This document shows, one piece after another, positions 24,194-38,854 of a stretch of DNA of 64,000 nt. A program made the position numbers and the translations under genes. Source of the DNA: Paraglomus brasilianum. Lineage: Eukaryota. Location of the stretch: contig CAJVPI010000026.1 of NCBI GenBank assembly GCA_910592345.1, positions 1 to 64,000 of the forward strand. The letters are read 5' to 3'. The notes below the pieces were generated by a model. That model made no database searches. It had not been told where the DNA came from and worked only from the letters and a program-made list of their open reading frames with translations. How positions within the stretch are numbered: position 1 is the stretch's first letter; each line of letters begins with the position of its first letter.

Positions 24194-27100
24194 ATGGGCC
24201 AGCCGTTGTCCACTGCCCGAGACATAAAGTCCGCTGTCACCAACAGGCGTTCGGCTGCAGTCGCTACAGTAGTCTTGCTTGGATATTTGATAAACCGATA
24301 TGTTCGAGAAGAGAAAAAACGTCAAGCTACCCGAAGGGCGGAAGCTGCAGAGATTGTTTCCACTCAAGACAATAGAAGTAGACGCCAAAAAAAAGTCGGT
24401 GTTGATGCCCATTTTTTAGAACAGATCAAAAGGCTCTTGCCTATTTGCATACCGGGTACGTTCCCAAATTCCTACGGCCTTTTATGTAGTCTTTGCGGCA
24501 GAAGAGTCTAATTAACTATTTTCCTTGTTAGGCCCCGCATCAAAAGAATCTGTCTTGCTGGTTTCTCTTGCGCTGGTTCTTATTGCTAGGACGTGGCTCG
24601 ATATTTGGTACGAGCATGATTGATTTTTGAATTTTATTGTTTTTATTTGCCATTAAATAATGCATACATTTCTGATTAGGTTCTCTGGGTTCAATGGGTA
24701 GAGCATTTAATGTGGCGCATTTAATTTATACATTTTTACGTCTCCGATCTTCCTCATTAATGCGACTCCTTCAATTAGACACGTTGTCAAAGCGATTGTA
24801 TCTCGTGATCGGAAGTCATTTATTGCTCTCGCAATTATCGAGTTTGGTTTTATGATGGTAATAGCAATAATATCTGCATTTTGATTATTGCTCGATAAAA
24901 TAAATGCTCACATATTCCTTTGACAGTGGCCAATGAGTATAGTGAATAATTCTCTTAAGCTATCTATAAGTGCCTTGTCATTAGCCTTCAGGAAACGTCT
25001 TACAAAGGTAATCTCGTAATGCTTTCTTTTTTTTTCAGTTACAAGTCCGCGATCCCCATCTTACAAAATAGGTTTCATTGCCTTATAGCACGCGCATAAT
25101 CAATACCTTCGAGACATTACATTCTACAAAATTTCCAACTTGGACAACAGGATTCAAAATGCTGATCAATTATTGACCCAAGTGAGTGTCTTTACTTTGA
25201 TAACAAATATTTGTGTATGCGCGTATATTAGTACTCATCTATTATCATTGAATGAAGGATATTGACAAATTTGCCGAAAACCTCAGCCATCTTTATTCTG
25301 ATATCGCCAAGCCATTGGTTGATATTTTTCTGTTTGCTTATAAATTGGGAGAAGCTATGTAAGTGCTTTTCAATTCCAATGGCAATATATTAAGACCAAT
25401 ACTAGTAAACATTAACTCTTGTCTTAAATCCAACTTGTTTTGCTGCAGTGGTCGAGAAGGTTAGTATTGATAGTTTTCGCTCTTTTTTTTTTTTTTACAA
25501 TAATGCAATTTCTGCATGATACCTGCTAACCATATTATTTTGCTGACAGCTCCTATATATATGATCGCCTATTTTATGCTGTCCGGAGTTGCTTTACGCG
25601 CGATTTCACCACCATTTGGAAAATGTCGGTATTACATATGGCACTGCGCATGTCGCCGCTAACGTGATACTGAATCGTGGTTTATTAATATTTTTACAGT
25701 TACTGCCGTTGAACAAAAACTAGAAGGCGATTTCCGTTTCACTCATGTAAGCATTAATACCGTTAGTACTATCCATAATAGAGAGTTGAAACTGACTTGT
25801 GTTTCTTATAGTCGCGCATTATTGCACACTCAGAAGAGATTGCTTTCTATGGTGGCGGCGAGCGTGAGAAAGTTGTGGTTAATGGGAGCTTTGACAAGAT
25901 CGTTCGTCACGTTAAGAAAATCTATAGATTGCGATTCGCCAATGGAATTATTGATTCCGTCTTGGTAAAATATTGCGCGACCATGACAGCGTACTAGTAA
26001 GTTTAATTCCCTTTCATTGAACATCGGGACTGTTTAATATTCACACTCATCGAAATCGATTGTAGTCTCCTAGCAAGACCTGTCTTTGATCCTAGATATG
26101 GTAAGCGTCTTCTTTTATGGATGTCTTATAAGAATGATTCATGATTCGTAATACTTACTGTACTTGCAACATAGCTACGGAGTACATGGGCAAGTTAGAT
26201 GCTGATCCAACAAAGATTATGGAAGATTATTCAAGAAACTGTAGGTTATTCGCAACATTGCTCTGCTTTTGTTAAAGTCTACTACCAGTAATGCTCATGA
26301 AAATCTTATTACAGCGGGATATCTTGTCAATCTCTCGCAAGCTGTTGGACGGCTGATTTTGGCAGGACGTGATTTAACTAGATTCGCTGGTTATACGGTA
26401 TGTCGTATTACCTACAGACCCTGTGGTTCCATTGATAACACTATTTCCAACAGCATACAATATTGTGTAGTCACGTGTGGCCGAGCTCTTTGATGTGCTC
26501 GAGGATGTTAACAAAGGTCGTTATGAACGGACTATGGTCAGCAAGGATGTGAATGAGGCGAACACTGTGAAAGGTATATAACGATTATTTTAACTAACTA
26601 AAGAAACATGCTGGTGAATAAGAGGTGGAGAGACATGTCTGTTAACTATCATTAATGTCTGTTGAAGCTATAACGCCCAATGACCTTAGTGGAAGGGTGA
26701 CCACACAAGACGGTGTTATTATTTTTGAAAAAGTGCCCATAATTACACCAAATGGGGATGTCTTGGTAAGATATGAAAAATCCGTTGATCGTCAAATGCA
26801 CTTGATATTGACTACATACTACGTAATCTTTGTTGAAATAGGTGAGAGAAATGTCATTCAAAGTCGAAAAGGGAATGAACTGCCTGATATCAGGGCCTAA
26901 TGGCTGCGTAAGACTCGATTATTTTGCATCTGCTTTCATGTAAGTTATGTAGTAATAAAGTATATAACTAACTAACCAACGTCTATTGCTTCAATATAGG
27001 GAAAGTCTTCGCTTTTCCGAATTCTCGGGGACCTGTGGCCATTATTCGGTTAGTTATTACTTTATGATTGATCGAGTGCGACTTCGCAATCTCAGAAAGA

Positions 27101-28252
27101 AAGACTAGTCTAAAACCTTGGATGAAGGAATGCCTACGGAATGGGATCTAATCCTATAATGGATATTGCATCATGTATTAAATTCTTGGTTTATATTGAT
27201 CTATAGACGGCAATGTTACCAAACCGTCAGCATCGCAGTTGTTCTACGTACCTCAGAAGCCTTACTTGGCATTGGGGACTTTTCGCGATCAGGTGAGAAT
27301 GTTGTCGCACAGACATGTCCATTAAACTTGCTAACGTGTTTTATGATATTGGCAGGTTATATATCCAGACACAAGGACACAAGCACGCATGAAGGGGTAT
27401 GATGATACTAAATTGATGGAATTATTGGGTGTTGTCCATCTAGGTTACATAGTTGGTCGAGAAGGTGGATGGGATGCCGTTCAGGACTGGGCTGATGTAT
27501 TATCTGGGGGAGAGAAACAGGTAACATTATTATTTTATATAGGGACATGCATTTTACTAGTCATTTTTTAACCCACTAATTTTATACTTTCGGAAAACAG
27601 AGAGTAGCTATGGCAAGATTATTCTATCATCGACCACAATTTGTAAGCTTGCTTTGTATCCATTTGTATCCGTGTTTGCCGCTATTTACTATCACGACCC
27701 GTTTGTTAACGATGTACATATCATATAGGCAATACTAGACGAATGCACAAGTGCAGTGAGTATTGATGTGGAAGGGCTTATGTACACACACGCTCGTAAA
27801 CTAGGAATTACTCTGTTCACAGTCTCCCATCGTGTCTCATTGGTATGTACCGAATCATCAGATTTAAACTTATATTTCTCGAAATGACAATACTAATAAA
27901 TTTGCTCTCTACGACTTGAATAATATTGCGTTGCGTGGAATTATAGTGTAAGTCTTAAGATCATTAACTCTGCTTTAGTCCTGGCTCTATCTTTCATACT
28001 TATCTAACGTGACTTTTAGTTAAATACCACGAATGGCTTCTTCGATTTGACGGGCAAGGAGCCTATGAGTTTAGAAAGTAAGTGTGGCGTGTCATTTACT
28101 CGGGTTAATTAAAGTGTCTACCACGACTTACGTTTCAACTGTAACACTGTATTATCATGCATAGACTTGTAGAAAGCGATCTTACGGCTCCATTTGCTTC
28201 TAATTCAACACGGAATAGAGACGAAGGCGACATTACTAGTAGTGACGATTAA
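24194..28252 (+). CDS. Peroxisomal ABC transporter, subfamily D (PMP70/PXA-like), very intron-rich
   Basis: [26 protein letters not shown]...EEIAFYGG (EAA motif); [22 protein letters not shown] (Walker A); [38 protein letters not shown]. Confidence 0.93.
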
Positions 28253-28444
28253 AACTTAATCTTTTTAGGAAATAATCACTAATCTTAAATAGATTTGCCT
28301 ATTAGGCTAAAAACAATGATAAAATTATTCTGCGATAATAAATAAATTAAACGAAAAATCGATACGTCATAACTTGTCTTTAAGATGCCCGCGACTGCAG
28401 AGCGTTAAATATTTTATAATTAATAGTGCAATTAGCCGAATAAT

Positions 28445-28500
28445 ACTCGATAAGTTGGCTGGCATGGCTGTCCGACTTAATCGAGAGGATTTTAAATATG

Positions 28501-28532
<32 letters not shown>

Positions 28533-28559
28533 CAGAAAGATTTGTCCGACTTATCGAGT
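28445..28559. repeat. Short inverted repeat enclosing an A30 run; possible DNA-transposon/MITE remnant
   Basis: actcgataagttgg 28445 vs ccgacttatcgagt 28546; tgtccgactta also repeated directly. Confidence 0.45.
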
Positions 28560-29647
28560 TTACCTCGAATACAAGAGTCATATATTCTGAAAGTTGACCA
28601 ACATTTAACTCATGAATAGTATGGAATTGAAATTTCTAATACATATTGCAAGGTCCTTGTGTGTTACAAGCATCATAATCACTCAAAACTGGAATATTTT
28701 TAAACAAGCCCCTCAGCTTTAAATTAGTAATTGCAATAGTAGAGAACAACTATTTTTATCAAGTAGAGACCAATTTCACGAAGAAAAGACTGTTGATAAC
28801 CTGTTGTCAGCCACCGAATATGGATTGAAGAGAAGTAATAATAAATATAATGGTTCGTATCCGGTTTGGCTTGGTCCTTGGCCATTTTGATTTCTAATAA
28901 TAGTGATACTTTGTAAGAATAGACAACCAATCACAACCCACAATCATGACTTAATATTAGCTACACCTAAAACGCTTAATAAGATTAACCTTTACTTACA
29001 GCCACAGTACTAATTATAATGATCATCGATCAGCATATTAATATGCATGCTAATTCTGTCGAATTCGCCACAACGTCGAATTGAATTAACGAGACCTCGG
29101 TTATCGATAACAACTTCTTCACAGGGGATCTACGGAGATCTCAACAAATGTATCAAACCCACAGCTTTTGATACTTTTACTGAATAAACAAAGCCGAATT
29201 CGGGGTTTTTTTTAACAATGATAAGGTGTTTGAGCTTATTGTTACGAATATGTAATATTAATAATAGCAACAACGAAGCAAATGATGGCTATCGACAGAT
29301 TTTAATTGGTTACCATTTAAGCATTTTTGCCAAACAGGTTATAAAGGGATTAACGCTGATATTAAAAATATGCATAGCTTACTATTATTACGACTACGGA
29401 TAACAAATGACCTATATACGGAATCATTACTGGTAGTAATATATTGTCGCTTATTGTGACAGAAACAAGTTTTATCTTATTGAATTGTCAAATCTAGGAG
29501 TATAATAACGAGCATATTACTGGGTTTCACTATTCACTTGCGTCCAGTTTGTTTTCTCGTCAATTTCAACAGAAAACTAATGTTGCTGTAAACAAGCACA
29601 ACACTACAATATCCCCTACTTGCCAAGTCCTCCACAAATAAACAAAT

Positions 29648-31010
29648 ATGACAACGATATCGTCGCTTTTCAAAGATGAATATATTTCGCATGACTCGCT
29701 CTACATTACTGCCTCATGGATAATTGCCACGGCCGTATTCTTTGCATGCCTCGTATACAGTATAATGGCAAGCAGGCAGCACTCGATGATGGTGTTCAAG
29801 TGCTCAATTATGATGGCTGGCATATGGCGAGGGGTGGCTGTAGTGATTTTGAGTCGAATGGAGATAGATGTTGATCAGAAACGTTGTCAAACGACTGGAT
29901 ATATTGCGGGTGTTGGAGATGTGTTGTGGAGGTTGGCAATCGCTGGATTTCTTACTCAAAGGACAATGAGCATAAGAGGTAGAATAACGATAGATGTCTG
30001 CGTGGCAATTGTATTTACAGTGATGATCATTACGATGGAGGTAATTTATCTACATGAACAGTCATTATTGTTCGTTTTGCATCGACGCTTATTCATTTGC
30101 TTACAAAAAATTTTTTTATCTTTCTTTGAAGACATACAAACTTGTAACGAATGCCGGAAAAGTTTCATGTATTCCCGGGCAAATGAATGCTTTTGGGGAA
30201 TCATTATGGACGTACTTTCGCCCTGACATATTCCTAGATCTTTACAACACATTCGTTGTGATATTTATTCTCCAAAAAATATTAACATACACACAGCGCA
30301 CAGGTTTATTCAAGGCTGTAATATTATGGCAGTCTGTATTATTCCTCCTTACGCTTTTGTTTAACATTGAATGGCTTTTGAGACGGGCAGGAAATGATGA
30401 TAAAGCCTATATAATAGCTCCCGTTATTGCAAGTATGGTGTCGATTCTGATGGCATTGGTAATAACATTTGACGGTCAGTTTGTCGGATACTTTACCAAG
30501 AGATGGAATCGCATAGCCAGTAATCGAATAGAGCCAATGACAGTTGTTAACAATAACAGAGGTAATAACAATATAAATAATAATAACAACGCTCCGGGCA
30601 ATCCCGTACGTAACCCGACACACAATCCAGCGTCCAATCCAGCAAGCAACACAAGACATAACGATGCAACCAATTATAATCACAATGCAACCGATGGCTC
30701 TGCAAATGCTGCTCCAACGACTATGTCGAACACACTTCCCGTTAGCTCCGATGATTCCAACACAAATTCAACCAATGTACTCGTTAATTCCACAAGAGAC
30801 AATGGTGACACAATAGCAGACAACTCTGCAATATCCACAATCCAAGATCAGATCAAGCTATTTATATTGGATGTACACGATCCATCTTCCGAGTTAATCG
30901 AAGCAGCCATATTACAGAGTTTTCAACTCTCAATTTCAACGTCTTCATGCGGTCAATTGGTCATATCTTCATCATCAATACATCAAGATCTAGATCTTGA
31001 AGTTGTCTAA
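29648..31010 (+). CDS. Orphan multi-pass (about 7TM, GPCR-like) membrane protein with N-rich tail, 2 exons
   Basis: Exon 29648-30040, intron gtaatt...gaag, exon 30132-31010; hydrophobic helices; paralogous motifs to the 11712 gene. Confidence 0.75.
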
Positions 31011-32853
31011 ACACTGTATAAACGGACAATTGTATAGTTAAATACATGTACACAATTTGTAATGGACATTGGGTATAAACGAGTTGCGCTTATAACGTAA
31101 TTTTCTGCTGGTTCCAATTTAACTTTTTCAGTAATTTATCCAGCTTTAGTGAATTTTTTACAAGAACTCTCGTTATAAAGCTTATAACAAGGACCTTGGA
31201 GCGATAGCAGAAAATTGGTTATAAACGAGTCATTATCGTTTTGTAATAAACGAATAAAATGTTTGCTCTATAGAAATTAATGCTATAAACGTTTATTAAA
31301 ATGGGGTTAATTCTGACATGCCTAAAGCAGGTCTGAGAAAATAATGCTTCTTGTTGTAACAACTTATTGCATATCAAACAAAATTACGTGAAATTATTTA
31401 CAGCTGCAAGTTGATAACCGAGATTGATTGTAATAGAGGCAGTTTCCTTGCTAGTTATTGTGCTAATCAAAATATAAAGGGCGGTAGTTAGAATAAGAAT
31501 CAGAGTACCGAATTGTTTGCTTGTATTATGCATTGCATTGAAAAATTGGAAAAAAATTTTTCATTACCGTCCGATTGGCAAACTGTCTTGTCAGATATTT
31601 GCGTTTACTGTATTTCCTTTATTTGCGTCTGTAATTGGGTTTCATTTTCTCCATTGTAGTAGGCAACTGTGCAGACATATCAAGCTTATTAACATTACTA
31701 TACATTTTACCAGCAATACTACAGTACCTGTGCGGACAATCTCTGGGGCCGGCGATTAATGCATAACAATTTGTCGCGCGTATCTTCAAAAAATGCGATG
31801 CTATAATAACGTATAGCAGTTATATATTGGTGTTGATTTTCAAGTCTGACAGTGCTATGTAAAAAACCTTAGGAAACCTTAATCCTAAATTTGAGGTTTG
31901 CTAAACAATCAAGTAATACAAAGCCTTCATATAATTTAGGCAATTGCTAGAAGGACAAGTAAATGTTTAATATAAGAGAATGAGAAATAAATACGTCAAA
32001 CAAAAGCCGAAGGAGAATCAGTGAGGACAAAAGAAAAACCCCCACAAAGACTCTGAAATTAAGAACAAACGCAACCGATTAAAGACAAATGAATAAAGAA
32101 ATCTGTTAGACAAAGTAAATGAACCCCCAAACTGAAGACAAACAATAAGTATCTCGAGGCTTTTGCTAACACCATCCAATTATCTTTGTTGTTTTGCGTT
32201 AATATTAACCGGAAGCCTTATATTTAAATTCGTTGACCTGTAATCTCTCATACCACGAATAAAATATATACAATAGTGCTGACTCGCAATTATATTCTCG
32301 TAAACTAGTGGGCTTCTGCGGTGACCATAAATATAAATGTAGCATAGCAGTCTTTGGGAAACTTGTGCGTAATAAACGTTTCAATTTATTAGAAAAGTCA
32401 AATTAGAGTTTCCGTCGCAATAACACGACCGTGATAAGATTACAAGCCGACATTGTTTTGTGTTGGCAACAGTGTTAACAAATGCTCGACTTGAACGAGA
32501 AATAAGTTCTCATTTACACTGAACTAATGCAAAGAAGGCTCCCGGTACAACCATGCTTCGTTTTTTTTAATTACAATGGAAATTGGGGTGATTAGAGATG
32601 TGGCGTTCAATAAAGTTAGTACCCCATAAATATAAGTCGCGTTTGCCCCCATTTATTTATTTATTATAATATCATTATCATAGCATTACAACCTAAATAT
32701 TGACCTACTTCCTTGTTTATTTTCGTTTCAGCGAACAGCAACAAGGGAATAGTGTAAGTCTCTTGATTATCTTTTGCTCACTTATTGGTGTTGTTTAATT
32801 CAACATCAGTATTATAGAACTTTTGACCTACACATTCATTTGCATAAATTAAA

Positions 32854-35426
32854 ATGAGTACGGATCCTACTCATAAATCCTCTCCCGCTGCAACAAAACT
32901 GAAACAACCAACTCTGCAAGAAATACTCGCACAATCCACTCGAGTTGGTTCTAAATTTACAACACCTCCGCGCGTCAGTCCGGTTTTCAAGAAGACACCC
33001 TCTCCAAGTCGCGTCAACACTTCACCATTTACTCCACATTGTAAAGGAATATCTTTGACGACAGGACAACCTTGTCGGCGTCCTGTTGTAGTCGACCATT
33101 ACTGTTTTCATCATAGGGCACAGACGAGTGGATCTGTGTTTGGCTTACCGACTAATAATCCAACTACGGAGGAAGAACCGAATGACGCTAGGCAGGACCG
33201 AGAGACGGAGGCGTTTAACGAAAACAGTGACACCGGTTTAGATAGCCTCTCGGCGACGTCATCATTTGTGGATCAAGGGGATGACGAGCAACTTGCAGGG
33301 ACCATAAATCGATTATCAATATCCAACCAGAACCGCAATGCGACAAATTCGCGGAAACGTTCGGAAGTTGGTAAACAACCTACTCAAACGAAGCTGAACT
33401 TTGGTCAGGATGAAATAGTAGAGGTTATTGATTTAGCTAGTGACGACAAGCCAGGCGCAGTTGAGGAGAAGTCCGCAGGGATCACTAAAGGTTTATCAAA
33501 TCAGAATGCGCAGAGACGTTCGGGCGCTGGTAATAAACAGACGAAACTGAACTTTGATCAGAATTGTGAGAACCTCGATAGTTCTACCAGGGCTACAATC
33601 ATTAGTATTCAATTAGACAACAATGTTGAAGTAAAGATTACACAATTACAGGGTGCAACTCAAGCGTCTGGAAGTACATCTAAAACGTCAACTGATGTAT
33701 CGACAGCACCTTCCTGTGGACCTCCCGAATCACAGTCCGAGTCAGATACACATGATAATGATCTAATCCCTAAAGACGGCCCCAGTGTTGCCGAGCATGA
33801 GGATAAACAAGTACAAACTGACACGTCCGACAATACACGCGACCAACCGAAGGGTCCTCCGGAACACCCGACCCCTTTGGAAAGTCCCGCTGTGCCTGAT
33901 GACAGCTTCATAGAAACAACGCATAAAGATCTATTTCGCACGCCGACAACGGTGACTCCAGATATGCAAATACCAACAGCCCCCTGGCTCTCCAGTTCAC
34001 CCACGCAGACAATTTACGCTACTCGGCCCATCGAACTGGGTTCAAGCCCAATTCGTTCTCTTGTCAATGGACCATCGATCCTATGGTCCGATCAAGAATT
34101 TAATGATGGTAATGGCGAGCAATCAAGTGAGAAACAAGGTGAATTTGTCACGCCGTCTTCCTCAACGCAACATTCACCAGCTCATACGCCCAAAGCATGT
34201 GGATCGCCTATTCCGACAAAGCGCGGTGATCGTGATTTGCTGTCGCCGGCGGCGCTAAGGCGGTCCTTACTTCCGCTAGTTGGGTCTCCTACGCCACGTC
34301 GAGATTTGGTGGCGCTTGAGAAAGATAGATACAAAGAGTTATTGACTACCGACGTTGATGCGCCAACTCCATCAGAGAAATATCATCCTATTCCACCGTT
34401 TTCTCCTCTCCCATCCCCCGCAATCTCTTCTCCTCCACTTCGTCGTACATCCACCCACGTTCATGTGGATCTCACCGGAGATACTCCTTCAATATTCTCG
34501 TCGCCATTAAATTCTACAAACTTTGTTCAATGCTGTGGTATCAACAAAACTGGCAAGAGATGCATTCGGCGTGTCAAGTGCTCCGAACACGACCGTGGTG
34601 AGGGGCAATATTGTCATCAGCATAGGGTGGAATATGCTCAATCGCAGAATACAGATGTAGAGAGTGTTTTGTTTGTTCCTGGACGCTCGAGAATGGTTTG
34701 GTTGAAATTTGAAGGTTGGTTTATCACATTCCTAATCTACACTGACACGGTAGCACGTTCCTTTTTGTTATTCAATAATGTTTTTATTGTCCGTCATCCA
34801 ATTCGTTAGAATGGATAAATCCTGATCTGCCGGAAGAAGTCAGACGCATTCTTAAATCTGAAATGGAGAAGCCGATCTCGGAAAGCGACGAGCCGGGTTT
34901 TATCTATGCTTACCATATTGTTTCTGGCTCAGATACACATCGGGATCCGTCCAGTACTCTGTACAAAGTGGGACGCACCACCAATCTCCATCGTCGTCTA
35001 TATCAGTGGTCTCAACACTGCGGATATACGCCCGAGGTCATCGAATACTTTCCCAATGTCAGTCTTCCCCCTTCTCTGTCACGCCGCGAGAGTTTGATCT
35101 CAACCACATCTTTCTCTACGATTGATGATTTCGAGGACATTTTTGCTGACATTCACGAAGATGAGAACAATAGTCCATTTGGGTCATTAAAGAGATGCAA
35201 ATATAGTCATCGTGCCGAGAGGTTGATTCATATCGAATTGGGAGAACGATTCCGTGCAGATATTGAAAAGTGTAGCGGATGTGGCAATGTGCACCGTGAA
35301 TGGTTCAAGGTGGCGGCGAGCGCAGGAAGTGAGGAGAGCAAAGGTGGATTGATCGGATGGGAAGAGGTGAAGAAGATCATCGTACACTGGGTGACTTATA
35401 TTGAGAAAGTGTATGGAATTGGATAG
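32854..35426 (+). CDS. T5orf172/MUG113 (GIY-YIG-related) domain protein with two Cys/His repeats and a long disordered N-terminus
   Basis: EPGFIYAY...YKVGRTTNLHRRLYQWSQHC...HRAERLIHIEL...CSGCGNVHREWF; CKGISLTTGQPCRR...YCFHH and CCGINKTGKRCIRR...YCHQH; intron ~34715-34809. Confidence 0.85.
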
Positions 35427-38400
35427 TGAGACCGCAACTATCCATCATGGGATCAGTCTCGACTCATAAACGTGTTGTTGTTTACATGTATCTTATTTTT
35501 TTTTGCTCAATGTCAACGCGAATAGTCTTTGTAAATTTTAACTGCGTGTTGTAAAATGATCCATATACATTATTCTTCTAATAAATTTATTCCCTGGTGG
35601 ATTGGATTTAAAAACATTTAGATTATCTGGATCAAACACACTTGCTTGCAGGGTAGGTCAAGACCGAATATACTGATACATTAATACAGAAATTGTTCTA
35701 TTCGATAATTTCTTTTCCTCGAGCCTTCGATTTGTTACCATAACGTTAATCTAGACGACTCTAATCAGATTGAGGCGAATTAAGCCCTGGCCTTCACATA
35801 TTTATGTAAAAACTGAGCAGTTCGTCCCTTGATCCAAAAGAAGGGTTATGGCAGGGAATGAATAGCGGCTCGCTAGTGGTTAGATGAAGATTAAAGAACT
35901 GTAACTTCATGCCTGCATTTACTCCTCGCGCGCCTCGAATAGTCGGGATCTTTCTTCTTCTATTTATGAAACGAAAGGCTTTCCAATGCCAACCTAGCAT
36001 AGACATTTCTCTCGTAAATAGATTTTCAGCTACGATTATTGAGCCATTCTGTTGTTGCCGCTGCTGCTTCTGCTGGTTCGCACACAAAGAAGGACACTTG
36101 CAGGTGCTACAATCATTATAGCATATAAAAACTTCTTTTCTTGTCAACTGTGAATCTGATTAGCGTTTCATAAATTGACTGAAACATACTCTAATCGAAC
36201 ATAAATAATTTAAGAACAATGGAGAAAAGCAGAACATCAACAAATCGACTGTGTCACTAGAAAAAAAAAAAGAGCAAGCAAGGAAGAGTCTATTGACAGG
36301 CAGAACAATGGAGATAACAAGTACGGTTTATTATTATAGTTTCGAGAAATTAAAATCGGCATTGAAAAAAATGAGTATGAAAATAGTGGCGGCCATAATA
36401 ATGGTTTTGGACCTTCAACGACCCGCTTCTTTCAATTAAACGGTCGGATTGTTTCGTTCAGAGCGGCGGCGTCTTATTCTAGTTCGAGGGTAAGCTTTGC
36501 GGTTTATTAATGTCGACGTTAATTGACGGAAAAGAATAAATACAAACCATTCTTTGAAGGAATTGGACTTTTGGCTTTTCTTTCCCAGTGATTTATCGGC
36601 ATTGGCCCCAATTCTAATTCGTGCCATTAAACGGACTTTGTATAAACCATGCATATCAAATCTCTGCAGAGAAGGATTTTTCAATAGTTGTAAAACGTAA
36701 AGCAAGCATGAGTGATCACCACATCATAATTAAGAGGACTCAATTCAGCAAAAGTAATTGTGGAAACAAGACACACCTGGGATCTGCCATATTAATTATC
36801 GAATGTTTCAAAGTCGATCTGCAGGTTCTTGGTACTGTTGTACTCGAAACCAAAATTTGGGACAGGTTAAATCATTTGGGCATGTTTGATTACGCAATAG
36901 AAAATTAATTAATGTATCAGGTTGACCGATCTGGTAACGTTATCTCGACCGCGCAAATTCATAGTTCCGATCATTTTCACCACCCTCCCCTCCCCCCTCC
37001 CCCCTTCCTCCTCTTCATTAACACAAAACCCTGATAACAGGCATTTAGCAACCCATTGGAGAAAGTCCAAGTCTAGATTGTTGGATCGATGGCCTCCCGC
37101 TCAATATCTCTATTCATTGATGGAGTTAAGCGGTTAGCAGCTTTGGACATGGTCCAAGAATAATTAATAATAAACACTTGATTACGTACTGTAATGAAGT
37201 AATTACTACGATTTCCCTCTTCTCAAAGTAACCTTATCGATATATCGATCAGGGCGTTGTCATACTCTATGCAATGTGATATTACTCGAGTGTAACACTT
37301 AATAGCGGCTGATCGCTTTTGCTGTGACACAAGTGAAATAAAACCTTATTAGACGATTGTTTAATAATATTAGAGTATGAAGTTTGTAAGCACACCAGAT
37401 ATGGTTATTGGACAAACAAAGAAAAACGAGGAGTAGTGTATTGGTATAACAACACGAGAATAAACGATGGGTTTGTGGGAGGGGGTTACAATTAATTAAC
37501 AATCACTTGATTCATATTACAATTGTGCAGACAAAGGGCAGCTTTATTTAGTGCCAAAAACACAATCATTTTGCCCAAACTACGTAGTCGCTTGGATGGC
37601 CGCGTAACTGCGATATCGACCCGATAGTAATAGGGGGGGGAGGGGATTCGATGTGTAGAACAAATAGAAACAGCTGACCTCCTTGTTTTGTCAACATAAT
37701 TCTTATTACTTCTAAATTCCACGTTTTGATTGATACAAGTAAAAAAAGCATGTGTAAAGGAGTTTTATATACTTTCGACGTTATGTTGTAAAAAAAAAAA
37801 CTGAATAAATATTTATTATTCAAATATATCAGCTGAGCATTTGGTCAGACAAACTCACCAATTAAAAGGTTGGATTGAAGAGCACGTAAAACGGCACATA
37901 ATAAAATAAATGTTGCGTATTAGTATCGGAGTTTAGATGCCGTTTTATTTCCAACCGTTTCCTAATTCTGCTATATCAACCCTAATTTGGATAAATGTCT
38001 GAGTTTCGTTACCCAATAATTCAATCGCTCACGCCAAGTAATCACATGACCTGTTATTGGGCAAGTTTTACATTTGTTTATTTTGTGCTACAAGTTTAAG
38101 ATTCACAGCTCGCATTGCCATATCGGGACTGTCTAAAAAGAGGGATAAAGAGTCGGGTAAGGACTAGAACCTGTTTGTGTGGGTCAGATAAGGTTAGTAA
38201 GAGGGTAAACATTAATATGTTTACTATTTTGGCGCATAGATATTTATTATTGTTGTTGCGTTTAGCTATTTATGGTACATGCACACTAAATTGTTATTTG
38301 TTATGAGCATTTTATGCCTACTCTACAAAGCAACCTTTTTTTTTCCCTGCAACAAACATTTAATAATATGTACAATTTGCAATTTGATTAAAACATTGGA

Positions 38401-38854
38401 AAATCAGACTAAAACGCTCAACGTAAGCGTGTCATTTGTAACACATTATTTTTACTTGCCTGCAAATTATTTCTATACAGAATGCAGTTTCTCTATTCGC
38501 TAATTATGATATAATAATCTGTATGACTAATCATACATTATATAATATACTATGCATTGCCCGACGGTTAATCAAGCCAAGCTTTTTTATTTTATTTTTA
38601 TTTTTACTTTACCGTGCATTCTAACCACTCTATGCTTTCAACACTTATTGTGTAACGAGTAGGCTGATTTTTGTGCTATCCTTCGTCCACGCAGATCGCA
38701 AATAGTAAATTACGTGCTTGTGACCATGCGCATGACCTTTCGCGGATAGGATGCTAGAATATATGTGTGATGAGAAAATCTGTGAGAAAAGTGGATTATT
38801 TTTAGTATGAACATTTTGAAGCTATTGTGCAGGTACGTGTGTAAAAGTATGTGA

